A DNA stretch of 64,000 nucleotides from Epiperipatus broadwayi (lineage: Eukaryota; Animalia; Onychophora). Below the pieces are notes generated by a model. That model did no database searches and was not told the DNA's origin. It was given only the letters and a program-made list of their open reading frames with translations. Every line of letters begins with the position of its first letter. Position 1 is the stretch's first letter. Of this stretch, positions 26,526-38,345 are shown in pieces. Location of the stretch: positions 17,360,001-17,424,000 of the forward strand of contig JAQFVV010000008.1 in the NCBI GenBank assembly GCA_028023455.1, given 5' to 3'. A program made the position numbers and the translations under genes.

Positions 26526-28796
26526 TATAGCCCGATATGTTAAATTTTCTTACTTACATTGTTTATATTTTATTAGGACCACTGAACTACGTCAATTTAA
26601 ATAATGTAGCTGATATAACTTATATTGCATTAACACCTTGTTAAAAAGAAAGTTCTTTGTTTTCCAAATCCATTCATTATTTTTAAATCGGAATCTCACT
26701 GACACAAAGTTATGTTTTCTATTAAGAAGGGAATGAATCTCTTGTTTATAAATATATAAATAAACTATTTATTATAGTAAAAATATTTGTTTTCATTCAA
26801 TAATAAAAATTTCCCATGAACTTTATTAAAAATTAAGTAATTTAGCATACAATAATATTTTTTTAAAAATTGTTTTTTTACTTATTCTGTTTTTCTTAGA
26901 TTTTAACCATAGTGTGGAATATGAATCAATTGGGAGTTTTTAGCTAAAGAACCCATCCAAGAAAAAGTTGTTAAGTAAAATGTGTAAAAAGATAATATGC
27001 CATCTAAAAAACATAGCATTGTTATTTAAAATAAAAAAAGCTATTTAGTAAAACATGTAAAAAGATAATATGGGATAATAATAACAAAAAAAAAGAAAGA
27101 TAACACCCTTTCAAAAATGTCAGCATAACACAGCATCAGACTCAGACCTGATATTTCGGAGGTAGATATTCTACCAGTATTCCCAAGTAAACAACATGTT
27201 GAAAAGTTGTAAAACGTTATTGATAAAGATAATTTCATCACATGCAGAATTATGTAATTATGAGGCAATATTTTTAAAATAAAAATTTTATTTTTAAGTA
27301 AATTATTAATAATAATGTATTACTTTCTATATAAATTAGGATATTTAAATAAAAATGATTGGGAAATCTAAACATTTTTATTTTCATATAAATTTTATTA
27401 ATTATAGTGACGAAAGGGCATTGGCCTGTTCGGTTTTATGCAATATTAAAGTATATATGAAATATATTTCGAGGCTAGAGCAACTACCGCAATAAATTTA
27501 AATAAATAAATATTTTTATAATTTAAATAATAAATATTTACAATCAGAATGTGCTTCTAGGAATAAAGTGATTCAGAAATGTAAACATTTATAAGTTTTA
27601 TTAATTATCACTACAAAATGGTGTCAGTCTGTTTGGTTTAGTATAATGATAAGAGTATATATGTAGTACATTTCAAGCTCATACCTAGAAATTTGAAGCC
27701 CAGGTAATTGGCACAATTAAGTTTTAAGTAAAGAAGTATTCTTCATATATTTAACTAAAAAATATTTACACTCTTATCGTGTTTCTAACAATGAAATGAT
27801 TTGAAAATGTAAACAATTTTATTTACATATAAATTTTATTAATTATTTTGGTGTCTTGGCACCCCAGTTGTGAAGCATCTTTGTGCCCCACACAACCTGC
27901 ACAAGCAGCTCTGATCTTTTGTACAGGTGCTGAATATGTATATATATATATACATTAAAGATTGAAGATGTTGGACTTCACATGTTTTTAATTCTTGTCA
28001 AAATCAATCCACATTTAAACAGTTTTCTTCACAGTTTGTGAGCAAAAAAAAATTTTTTTTCACTGACAATATTAAAAAAGACAAAACTTAAAACGTCATT
28101 TGCAAACTATAATTAAATGATAAGATATTGAACTTTAAATTACTTTAACTGTTATCCTTTTATGAAATTAAATCATACAACTTTGATACTAGATACATAT
28201 TAATGTAAAATTGTTAAAGGAATCTTTTATCATAAAATTTCATTTCTAAATGACGAATCTTCATATTTTTTTGCAGGAATATGTTTGCTCAAAATTCTTA
28301 TAGATCACATTTAAGTTTTTTATATTAGGTATTATTGTTCTCCAAAAGTTCTAATTTTGTAGCATTAATATGTAAAATAGCATGAACTACCTTTTTGATG
28401 TAATATTATTAGACAACATTCTCCTTTTTGTTAACTTTGTTTATTGTTTAATATTTGGTAAATCATATTTTTTCATTAATTTGCAGTATTTTATTAATTA
28501 GTCTGTAATGTATTAAAAAAATTGAATAATAACATGCTAATTTACCAAATATTTTATTATTAATAGAATCACTAACTTTTCTAAATAATCATTTTCACCT
28601 TTCCAAACATATTTGAAATCTATTATCTAAAGCGTATATATTTATTAATATGTATACAAAAAATATCGCTTATGTGTAATTAAATTTATAAATGGATATA
28701 TTTTCAATTGCTTATATGTTATGAATGAGTTATCAATGTCAGTCAAAATACATGCTCAGTATATGGGTGTGTGTTTATGTATATGTATACGAAGGA

Positions 28797-28870
28797 TTTT
28801 ATGGTACAGTGGTAGGGTTTTTACCAGCTTTGCCCCAAGATCTGGGTTCAAACGCAAAAATAAAAAAGAT
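28797..28870 (+). mobile_element. Eroded tRNA-derived SINE head
   Basis: A-box-like TGGTACAGTGG, B-box-like GGTTCAAAC, A-rich tail. Confidence 0.35.
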
Positions 28871-29170
28871 TATACATTTGATTAGAAGCATAATTTCATT
28901 TTCAGGTTCTTAGAATTAGGATTTTTCTTTCAAACAGATGCCCATACCAAAACTAGTGTGATAGTTTATTAGTAGAATAAACTGGTATTATTAGAGAGTA
29001 AAACAAATAAAAAAGTTGTTTAAATCTTCACCACTTGATATTTGGAAAATCTGATAATATCTTCAGCTTCATTGTTTTTTTTTTATGAGAAACTGTCAGA
29101 GAGGGATTTGTTCTGCAGTGAGCGGTTTTAAAAACTGTTTATTTATTAAAGCTGAATTTTAAAAAAATCT

Positions 29171-29215
29171 ATGGAAATCTACTCAAGCCATTACCAATTA
29201 GCTGTTAACAGTCTG
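29171..29215 (+). CDS. Candidate first coding exon (MEIYSSHYQLAVNSL), host RRM gene
   Basis: ATG plus 15 codons ending at a G|GTGAGT donor in phase 0, in frame with exon 36539. Confidence 0.5.
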
Positions 29216-29799
29216 GTGAGTAAGGTTTTCTCTTTTTTATTATAAATAGATAGATAGCTGAATGATCATGTTTATTGCCAATAAAAAAAGCAACACATTT
29301 AAAATAGAACAAATAATATAGTTCAGTATTTGAAAAGCCTTTGCTGTGCAATGAGCTACTTAAAACTATTTTATGTTTATTTATATAAAAGTTTTGAAGT
29401 TATTGGCTAACATATCTGCTATGCCCTTAACCTGGAATATCCAGCTTAGTAAAACTTGGAAATTTTTTTTTTTAAGATTTCAAATAAGTTTCAGTTTTTT
29501 TTTTTTTTGGTAGCTCATCAGTTTTGCACTACAAATGAGTATCTAGTTATTCTTAACTGAAGAATAAAGCACGAGTGAAAAATTACTAAAAACTCAACCA
29601 TTTTAATTATATTTGTATCTGTAAGTAAAGATTTAATTGTTAATACTATTCTTAAAAAATCTCTGTGCATTATGTTAAAATGACACAACCTCTTTTGAAT
29701 TTCATGAAATGCCAAAAAATCTCAAATCTATTCTTAATTAATTTCAACCATTCTCTCTTAATGATCCTTCTATTGATTCAGTATCTGTAATAGTAATCA

Positions 29800-30620
29800 T
29801 AATTTCTTTATAATAGAAATGGTTACTAATGTGATGGAAAATAGTAATAAAAGTAGAAAGGATAGCGAAAGACATGGATGGAGAATGAATGATAAGAATA
29901 AGTTAGAAGAATATAAAATAAAAGTAGAATTAAAAAAAAAATCAGGTCAGATGTCACATGACCTAGTTTTATTTTTTATTTTGTGTGCTGTATATATAAC
30001 ATTAATAAAAGTAAAAGAAATCATGGAAGATTTTGTTTGAAATGAATATAAGGATTGGTGTGGTGAAGTAGAAAAAGTGGCAAATAGAGTTTTAGATGAG
30101 AATATTCAAAAGAATAAAAGTAATAGAAAAGTAAGAATTAAAAAGAATGGGAGAAAGCATGCAGAAAATATAAATGTACTATTAAAAACAAAGAAAATGA
30201 AAAGGATGTTAATATTAAATGAGAAAACTATTCTAAAAAGCGTCTAAAATAGATAATTGTATAGAGAGAATGAAATTAAATAGTAAATTATTGGAGGATA
30301 TCAATAAAAGTGAAAGAAATGGAAGTAAAAAATTTTGGAAATATATTAAAAGGAATGTAGGGGAAAAAGAAATAGTATTACAAGTGATGAGGAAAAAGAG
30401 TGCAGCTCTAGAGAAGAATTAGATACAGTCTTAAAAAAGTATATAGTGGATATAGAAAAGATGTTAGATGTAAAGGATGGAGTGATAATAAACATAAAAG
30501 CACATAGTAATGGAAAATATTAGTTTTATAGAAAATGAATTGAATGAAGCAAGGAAAAAGTTAAAAAGTGAAAAGGCAAGAGGAGTTGGGAAATAGGCAA
30601 AATTAAATCTATTATCATAT
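29800..30620 (+). mobile_element. LINE ORF2 remnant (region between APE and RT)
   Basis: Strong purine skew; NEARKKLKSEKARGVG matches the pre-RT LK..KA.G.D motif. Confidence 0.5.
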
Positions 30621-31149
30621 TTTAAACATAAATATTTATATATATGAATATATCTTATATAAAAGAGCAAATCATTTACGTGTGTAATCAAATGAATATG
30701 TTATTTTATATAAATGAATGGATATTTTGTTATTATTGAATACCAAATTCATCCGAAGGCTTAGAAGGCCAGGATGATCTTTAAAAATTTATATATATAT
30801 TTTCTCACTTTAGAAAACCTATTTTCAATTTCTTTTTTTCATTTTGCCCATGATCCTGAAATCGATTATGATACAATTTCAAAGCAAAAGACAAGGTGTC
30901 AATTTTAATTATATCTTGTTTTTATAAGTTTTTCAATTATTCTTCTCTGGAGTTACCAATCATTTAAAAGAAACAGTGTTTTTAAAACAAGAATTACTAG
31001 TAAAAGGGTTACCATGTTTTTTAGAAGATTAAGATTAGCTTCTAAAGTTTTAAAAACACTTTCTTATTTTTAAATTATTTTTTAATCTATTCTCTAATGA
31101 TAATTTCAATACATATCAATCTCTTTCCTATTTCAAAGAAGTTATCAAT

Positions 31150-31900
31150 TTACATAATTCTTTAAATATTCTGAACCTTCTGATTTTTTAAAATTCTTGG
31201 CTAATGTCTGTTACATACATATTGGTTAGACTTAGGTAGGTTGCTATGTTATCATTTAAAGGATTGTTTGTCATATTGATATTTTTCCAATCATCACATG
31301 ATATCTCTTTAACTATCTTCCATCAATATTTGTCAGATAAATATTTTATTTAATGTGATTTCTTCAGACCATATTTTGGATTCTGAATAGCTGGTAATCT
31401 TTTTGGGCACTTTGCTAGCTAACCTCCACTTAAATAAATCTTGATATCCTTTGTCACTTTTGGTCCATTTTAATACCGTTTTACTGTTCAGTTCATTTGA
31501 TCCAAATGTACAAATATAATTTTATTTGATCCATTATCCTGAATGACAGTTTATGAAATGAAAACATTTCTATGCACTCAATTAATTTTCTCTTCCTATA
31601 ACTCAATTCATAGTCATATGCTAGTCCAACATTTGTGAACTTATTAAGTGATCAGGAATTGCTTTTGAATTTCTAAATATGCTGAAAAGTGGTTTATTGT
31701 CCATGATGATACAGGTACTGGTGGAACTTCTTTATTTTGAATATTATAATCCAGGGCTTCCTTTTATTCATCTGACTACTTTTTTTTTTAGTACTGGATA
31801 ATGTTCAGAATGCATAAGTTGGATGAATTAATATAGTTCTTCAGCAATATTCAGAAACAGCTGCAATGAGTATTACCTTTCAGTTGCTATTATAGTGAAC
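31150..31900 (-). mobile_element. Eroded LINE remnant (end of APE domain)
   Basis: HSEHYPV resembles the SDH.PV motif; purine-skewed minus strand. Confidence 0.3.
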
Positions 31901-32922
31901 AATCAGTTTTTTTTGGGATTAACAAAGCTTTACTTTGATCAAATGCATTTTTTGGCTTTTGCTCTAGACCTATTTCTGATTTTTTTTTTCTTAATAAATC
32001 ACACAATCGTCCAAAAGCTTGAGTATTTTCTCCTAAACAAGTTTTAAAATAGTTCATACTCATCAAAAAGGCTTGAAATTCTATTACGGGTTAATTTATG
32101 AGCATTTAACACTGCTCACATTTTTTTGGGAGCAAACATTTAATTTTTTTATTATTATTAATTATATGACTAAGAAACTTATTTTAGCTTGTGGTCATCC
32201 AAATGTATTTTTTCTCATTTAATTCTACTCCAAATTTATCTAACCTACATCAAATCTCATTTACCCATTGACTCAATTTACATTTCTGAGATTGCAGTGA
32301 TAAGCATAATCAAAGTAAGGAATAATTGTCTTTTCCATGCAGTATGGTGTCAATTTTGGAACGAAAATCATTTGTTGTAATTGTTATATTAAAAGATAAA
32401 TAATTATAGTATATCATCCTAATGTATAATTAGTTTTGATAATCTGATGAAATACTTGTTTAAATCTAATTTTATAAAATGCAATAAATATTGTAAAAAT
32501 AAAAATATTTCCTTTAAATAAATGGTAGAATTTTTATTTAAATTTTTGCTTATCTTTTAACAATAATCATTTCAAATTCTTCATATCTCATCTATCTTCA
32601 TAATTCTGATAATGAATGTAGCCCAGTTGAATTCTATTGTGGGTGATAATACTTATTTTTTAATTATATTAAGGATTTTCTCACCTTTCTCTCTTTAAGC
32701 AAATGAATAGGCTTTGCCTTTTGTTTCCCCTGATTTGTCTTAAACAGGCCCAAGAATCTGTTTTTGATTTATCATTCACTATTGACTTTTTAATTATGCA
32801 ATTATTGATGTCTGGTTTATATGTTATTGATATGTATGAAGCGAGACTTTAATCTAAGCAGCTGTGCAATTATTAATTATACTTTTGAAAAGAACACAAA
32901 AAGGTTTTACTGAGAAACTCCT

Positions 32923-33757
32923 TGCTGTGTCCCCAACTATGATTGGGCGACCAGCAAACAAATATATAATAAAAACTTAACAGAGTAACAGCAAATATAT
33001 TTAGCAATAGTAATTTATTAACAATTTGGAAAAATAATTACTGTACTGATCTTTAACACTAATATAAAGTCTGCATTTGAGTGAGCTTAATTCACTGGTT
33101 AATTATTGAATAGCGAATACTGTTTATACTATTAAGGAAAAACCATTAATTAACTTTACTTTCACTACTATCTATAGGCTTTATAATACAACCCTCGATG
33201 AGCCTCTTGAGGCATTTCAAAATAATAATAAGACTGATACAGTCTGTTAAAAGCACTAGTTGGCTTAGTGATCTATAGTAGCCAACTTCCTGGGAAAAGA
33301 GATCCTCTGATGATGATGTACTGCTATTCAACTCGCGGATGCACTAACAGTAGCAGCTACCACAAAAAAAAAAACCATCATCTCTTACTTTGTTTCTCTT
33401 ATCTTTTCTGGAGTAATTTCTTTGGCTTTAATCAGTTCGTATTATTTAGTTTGTTATTATACAACAAAATTTTTTAGCTTTTTAATTATATAATTAATCA
33501 TTCACTTAGGAATTTATTTCCATATGTGGTAAGTTTATAAGGTCTATAATATTAATTAATCTTAGGAATTTATTTCCGTATCTTTAAGGTTTTACAATTA
33601 ATTTAATGTTTTAGGAATTCCTTCCCATCTAAGGTAATTTATAAGCTCGGCTCCATTAATCAATATATAAGTACTTCTATGTTTCTTTAAACTACGTTTA
33701 ATTGAAAACATTTCTTTTCGACGATTTATTTAAGTTTAAACATTCTTTAATATTGCA
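32923..33757. mobile_element. Solo LTR (835 bp) with 5-bp TSD CTCCT
   Basis: Begins TGCTGTGTCC (identical to the first 10 nt of LTR 5289), ends TATTGCA; CTCCT at 32918-32922 and 33758-33762. Confidence 0.8.
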
Positions 33758-33899
33758 CTCCTTAATATATTTATCAGTCTTAATTTTACATGAAACAGTT
33801 CTTTATAGAGTTTGACTATTATTACATTTTTTTAAAACTTCATTTCAGTCTATTAACTTTCTATATTAGTTTTTCACCAGCGTTTTCATCTGCATTTAT

Positions 33900-34480
33900 G
33901 GTTCACCATCATCGAGTTTAGTAAACACTTTACTGCTCACTCAACTATCACTGACTCAGTCTATCTGGCTTTGACTGCACCTTTTTTTCTTCTCTTCATT
34001 ACTGTTCTGTGGACATTTTTAATGACTGCTAATCTGTATAAATATTTCATTATTGTCCTTATGCAAATTAGAATATCCAGAGTATTAACTTGCCTTTTGC
34101 ATAATTTTACTTATTCTGCATTTCATTATTTCTAGAATGACTATAATATTTTTTGTATTGACTAGTTATGAACACACATACATACATTTAACATTATTTA
34201 TTTCATAAACCAGTCAATGCATTGCAGTTACATGATATTAACATTCTCATCTCACTAACAGTTTTATAATTGTCAAAACCTTTTAAAAAAATTTTTATTT
34301 TCCATTTGTCTTCTATAATACATACTTTTTCTATTTTTTTTACATGTCAAATAGCTTCAATCCTTTCATCAATCTTATCTGAGCCATTACCAATACTTGT
34401 ATTTATGTTTCTCCCAGAGATTTGGGCAGACAGCATTATTTATTCAGGGACATCTACTTCCATATTTTAATATATGACTA
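33900..34480 (-). mobile_element. Eroded LINE RT fragment
   Basis: GRNINTSI..DKIDERIEAI...KGFDNY resembles the GR...I....D..KAFD RT motifs. Confidence 0.4.
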
Positions 34481-36538
34481 ATTTTTGCTTTTCAAAAATG
34501 TAAATGCAATATGCTCTTTTAAATTACATTTAGTACATTAAAGTTATATTTGCAATTTCATGTGTGTGGCCATTTTTTCTATCACAGAAACATGGAATTT
34601 TCTCCTTATGAGTTTGCAATTTTAATAATTTTTCTTATATTAATTTTCTCTGTTTTGGATTGCAAGTTTAGAATTCTCTAGATTGATATACTACTACTTT
34701 ATAACCTATGGCTTTTTTTTATCTGCCTTTTTTACGTGACAGATCTTTCTCAGCTAGTAGTTATTGTCATCAGAGAAAATGTTTGAGAACTTTTTTTAAT
34801 GAAATTCTTTGAGTATGTAGTCTCTAACTATTTCTTAAGTGCTATATCATAGTCATAAAGTATAATCTAGCTATATGAAGGTAAAGAGTTGAAATCATTT
34901 TATTTACTAATTATTTCTTTACGAGAAAAATCATCTGAATTAATCATTTCACATTTTCTGGTTTACTCATTTCGCACAAAAAGTGATTTTGATAACTTTT
35001 TATCTTGAAAAATACTGTCAGTAGCATTGTTATCTTGATTTTATTTTCCTTAGTATTGTTTATGTGAAAGTATTTTCCTTTATGATATGTGAATAACATC
35101 CATCTTGTTGAATTTTCAAAATCAAATTCTCTAATTACAGTCTGTGCTGTCTTTGTAAATTTTATATGAATTTTCTGATTACTATTATTAAGCTGGAATT
35201 TAAGATCAAATATCAATTATGCCATTCACAACAAGAAATAGGGTGTAAACTTTCATTGTGGGTCAAGCTAGCAATAATTTGATCAGTAATAAGTTTGCAG
35301 CTGAATAGTTTTCTAACACAAATATTTAATGTAAAGCAGTGTTAATACACACTAATATATAAATTTAATGACATGCATTAAGTTATAATCATATACTTAG
35401 TATGAATACATTTTCCTTTTTATGTATGTACAAATGAATACATTTCCTTATTGGAAACTTATTACAATATTTGAATGCACAGTTAACCCAAAGATTTAGA
35501 AAAATAATAAGGTTGGGATGATTTTTAGTTTCCTATATCTGCTTTCTTATTTTAGGAGGCAGCTATTATTTTTTGTTTTACCTGTGATGACTGAGATGAT
35601 TCAAATTAGTTCAAGGATTTCTGCAGGTTTTTTTTTTTTTTGGAAAATTAAGATTTTTTCATTTTAATTAATTTTTCATTTGCACTAAAATTCTAAGTAA
35701 TTAAAGTTTCATTCATCTAAGATATTGATTTTAATATACATCATTTAGATATTATATCTATCATTTCAAATCATATCTGTTGTATAAACTTTCACATTAG
35801 AATTTTAAAAAAAGTTAAAATACAATATTCTAAAAAAGGATATGCATTATTATATAAATATGTTATGGATTTATTATAAATTACTATTATAAGTAATTCT
35901 ATTAAAAAATAATGCAAGTAATTAAATTTATATTTAATATAGTGACAATATATATATATAATAAAGAAGAGAAGTAGAAATAATCTTTAACTTTTGATGT
36001 TACCAATAAATTACCAATTACTTTTAATTGGCAATAGTTCTTTTGTTTGGTATATATATTGTAAGCTGTTATTTTCTACTTTTTAATATAAATGTTAAGT
36101 GCACTTTTTGGTATATAACATCCATTTCAGATAGTACTGAAAATTATAATATTTAATTTTTGTTTTTTTTCTATAATCAAGACATCAGCATTTGCCAGAC
36201 CAATCCATCTGGGATATTTTATTCATAGCTTAGCTGACAATTTTTATTCTACCTGAAAAAAGAAATGTAACTTCACTCTAGAGATTTGAAAAACTCTGCT
36301 CTTTACATACAATGTGTATTTATTTAGGAAAATTATATAATCTTTTTTTTAACAGATTACTTTTAGTTTCATATTTAGAACTTGATTTAAAAATCATAAT
36401 CAAGAATAATAATTATATATTGATGATTTCAAGTTTTATCTTTCAATTAATATGTTTTTATGATTATTAAATTTCTATTAAAATATAAATTTGCATATAT
36501 GCATGTGTGTAATGTACATATATATTTAACTTATTTAG

Positions 36539-36713
36539 GATTCACCTTTTGTATTGGTTGAAAATATTCCTAAGTCTATCACCAAGGAAACTCTTACTAT
36601 TCATTTTCAAAAGAAGAAGAATGGTGGGGGAGACATTTTCAGCCTAAAATTTTTGAAAGACCAAAAGAAAAGTGGTAAAAAAAGAGCTATTATACAATTT
36701 GAAGACATAATAG
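36539..36713 (+). CDS. Exon encoding the N-terminal part of an RRM-like domain (PARP14/RBM43/NMI-IFI35 type)
   Basis: TTTAG acceptor and AG|GTGA donor; DSPFVLVENIPKSITKETLTIHFQKKKNGGGDI...RAIIQFEDII. The LTIHFQ..NGGG signature is typical of these RRMs. 175 nt, phase 0 to phase 1. Confidence 0.85.
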
Positions 36714-36829
36714 GTGATTTATTACTTAAATTATTATTATTATTATTTGTGTGTATGTTTTTTTTTTTGACATACAAGTAAATTGTAATGTGTATTTTAT
36801 ATATTTAACATTAAATATTGAATGTATTT

Positions 36830-37800
36830 ACAAAAGTTTTTTAACTTTATTTAAACTTTCCAATTGCATTCAACTGTTATTATTAACATGTAATATGTTT
36901 CAAGTGATATTATTCTCCCCTCTTCTTCAGGTCCAGTATTAGCATAGGAATCTTAAGGTAACCCTCTAACTAACTGAACTATTATTTTCCAAAAGAAATT
37001 TCATATACTTATCTATGATGGTCTCCCTGATTTCTATACTTTTTCATAAAAACAAAGTTAATTGGTAACTTCCAGATATTATGTATTGTAACACTAGGTT
37101 AACTTATGAGATTATTTGCTATTGTCATGTGAACAGCTTCTTTGAATTTTTTTCTTTCTACTTTTACCTCTCTATCCAATATTTTTGTATTTTTTCAATC
37201 GCACATGTGCTCATTAGTATATATATGGTCTGCTACTTTAATCACATCTATTTTTTTATTTCTAATCATCAGTTTGTGCTCTTTCAGTCACTTTTAATGC
37301 ACTTTCACATTCTCATGGTATTTCATAAATGCAGTTTTTGTTTTTCAGCATTTCAAATTTGGCTTTGTAAATGTTAGAATTTCTGCAATATAGTATGGCT
37401 TTGTAAAGTAGTTCTAATAATATATTGATTGCAGATTCTTTTAGTTTGTCTACTATTCCTGGTCTATATAGATACACTACAGTACCAATAATTTTTTTGT
37501 CTTTTTTATGGTACTTTTTCTTATTTTCTTAATGACAACTGATGGTTGACTATTCTTGTTCCAAATCACAGGTTTCTGAACAAACTTCTTTTGTTTTGTT
37601 CCATAGTGATAGTATAATTTTGTGTTTCTGGTATGATTAGATGTATATGCTAAGTATTTTTCTGTGTGTGGGGTGTTTCTGTAAACTATAGTTTTAATTT
37701 TGCCATGAGGGAATTTTATTAATGGAAGTTTTTGTTCTGATTATGTTGCGTATTTAATTGATGGGAATATGTTGTTGATGGGTGTCCAGAATGTTTTTCT
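36830..37800 (-). mobile_element. Penelope-like element 3' part (RT thumb, GIY-YIG endonuclease, 3' end), degenerate
   Basis: INNIFPSIKY, KTIVYRNTPHTEKYL, KNCIYEIP*EC; homologous to 41860-42660. Confidence 0.75.
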
Positions 37801-37904
37801 TCAACATATTGTGAGAGTATGTAAACTTCTCACATACAGATTGTGATAATTAAAATTACACCAAATCCAAAATTCAACCAGACCAGCAAAAAAATAATAT
37901 TAAA

Positions 37905-37948
37905 ACACAACCAAAGGTTTCACTGCTACAAGCAGACTTCTCAAGTGT
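37905..37948 (-). ncRNA. PLE-associated minimal HHR, U3:A8 variant
   Basis: ACAC TTGAGAA gt CTGCT tgt AGCAG t GAAA CC ttt GG TT GTGT; second copy at 38852-38895 (+). Confidence 0.55.
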
Positions 37949-37982
37949 AAAGAACTACAAAAACTACACAATATATATAATA

Positions 37983-38345
37983 TTAAACATTACCCACAAA
38001 TCCATTCACTTCCCATCCACCCTTAATATTAAAAGAACTCTTAAATAAGTTAATTGCTTCGGAATAATATATTTGCAATAATAAAGATTCTTTAATTCTT
38101 CTTTTGATTTCATTTCTCTCAAAGAAGACAACCTTAGCTCCATCAAAATTAATAGTGTGGCCTGTATCTTTTTCATGGACATACAAAGCAGATCTAAGAT
38201 ATCTATTTTTAACTCTACTTTTATGAACCTTTATTCTTTCATTTAAACTCAAACTACTCTGACCTATGTAGACCTTCTTACAAAAAAAACAAGGGATAAA
38301 ATATACTACACCAGGAATAGTCTTTCTATCAAAAATTTTCTTTGT
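37983..38345 (-). pseudogene. PLE GIY-YIG endonuclease domain (5'-truncated, open frame)
   Basis: PGVVYFIPCFFCKKVYIGQS.LSLNERIKVHK...SALYVHEKDTGHTINF..AKVV..E....RRIKES. Confidence 0.88.

Noticed and set aside
27145-27195. GGTAG/CTACC hairpin followed by GAAA TA TC on the minus strand
   Set aside because: The upstream core and stem I do not fit a hammerhead.
33308-33345. CTGATGA inside the solo LTR
   Set aside because: No downstream stem II or GAAA.
34944-35216. 90-aa minus-strand ORF
   Set aside because: No recognisable motif, no ATG start and no clear splice sites.
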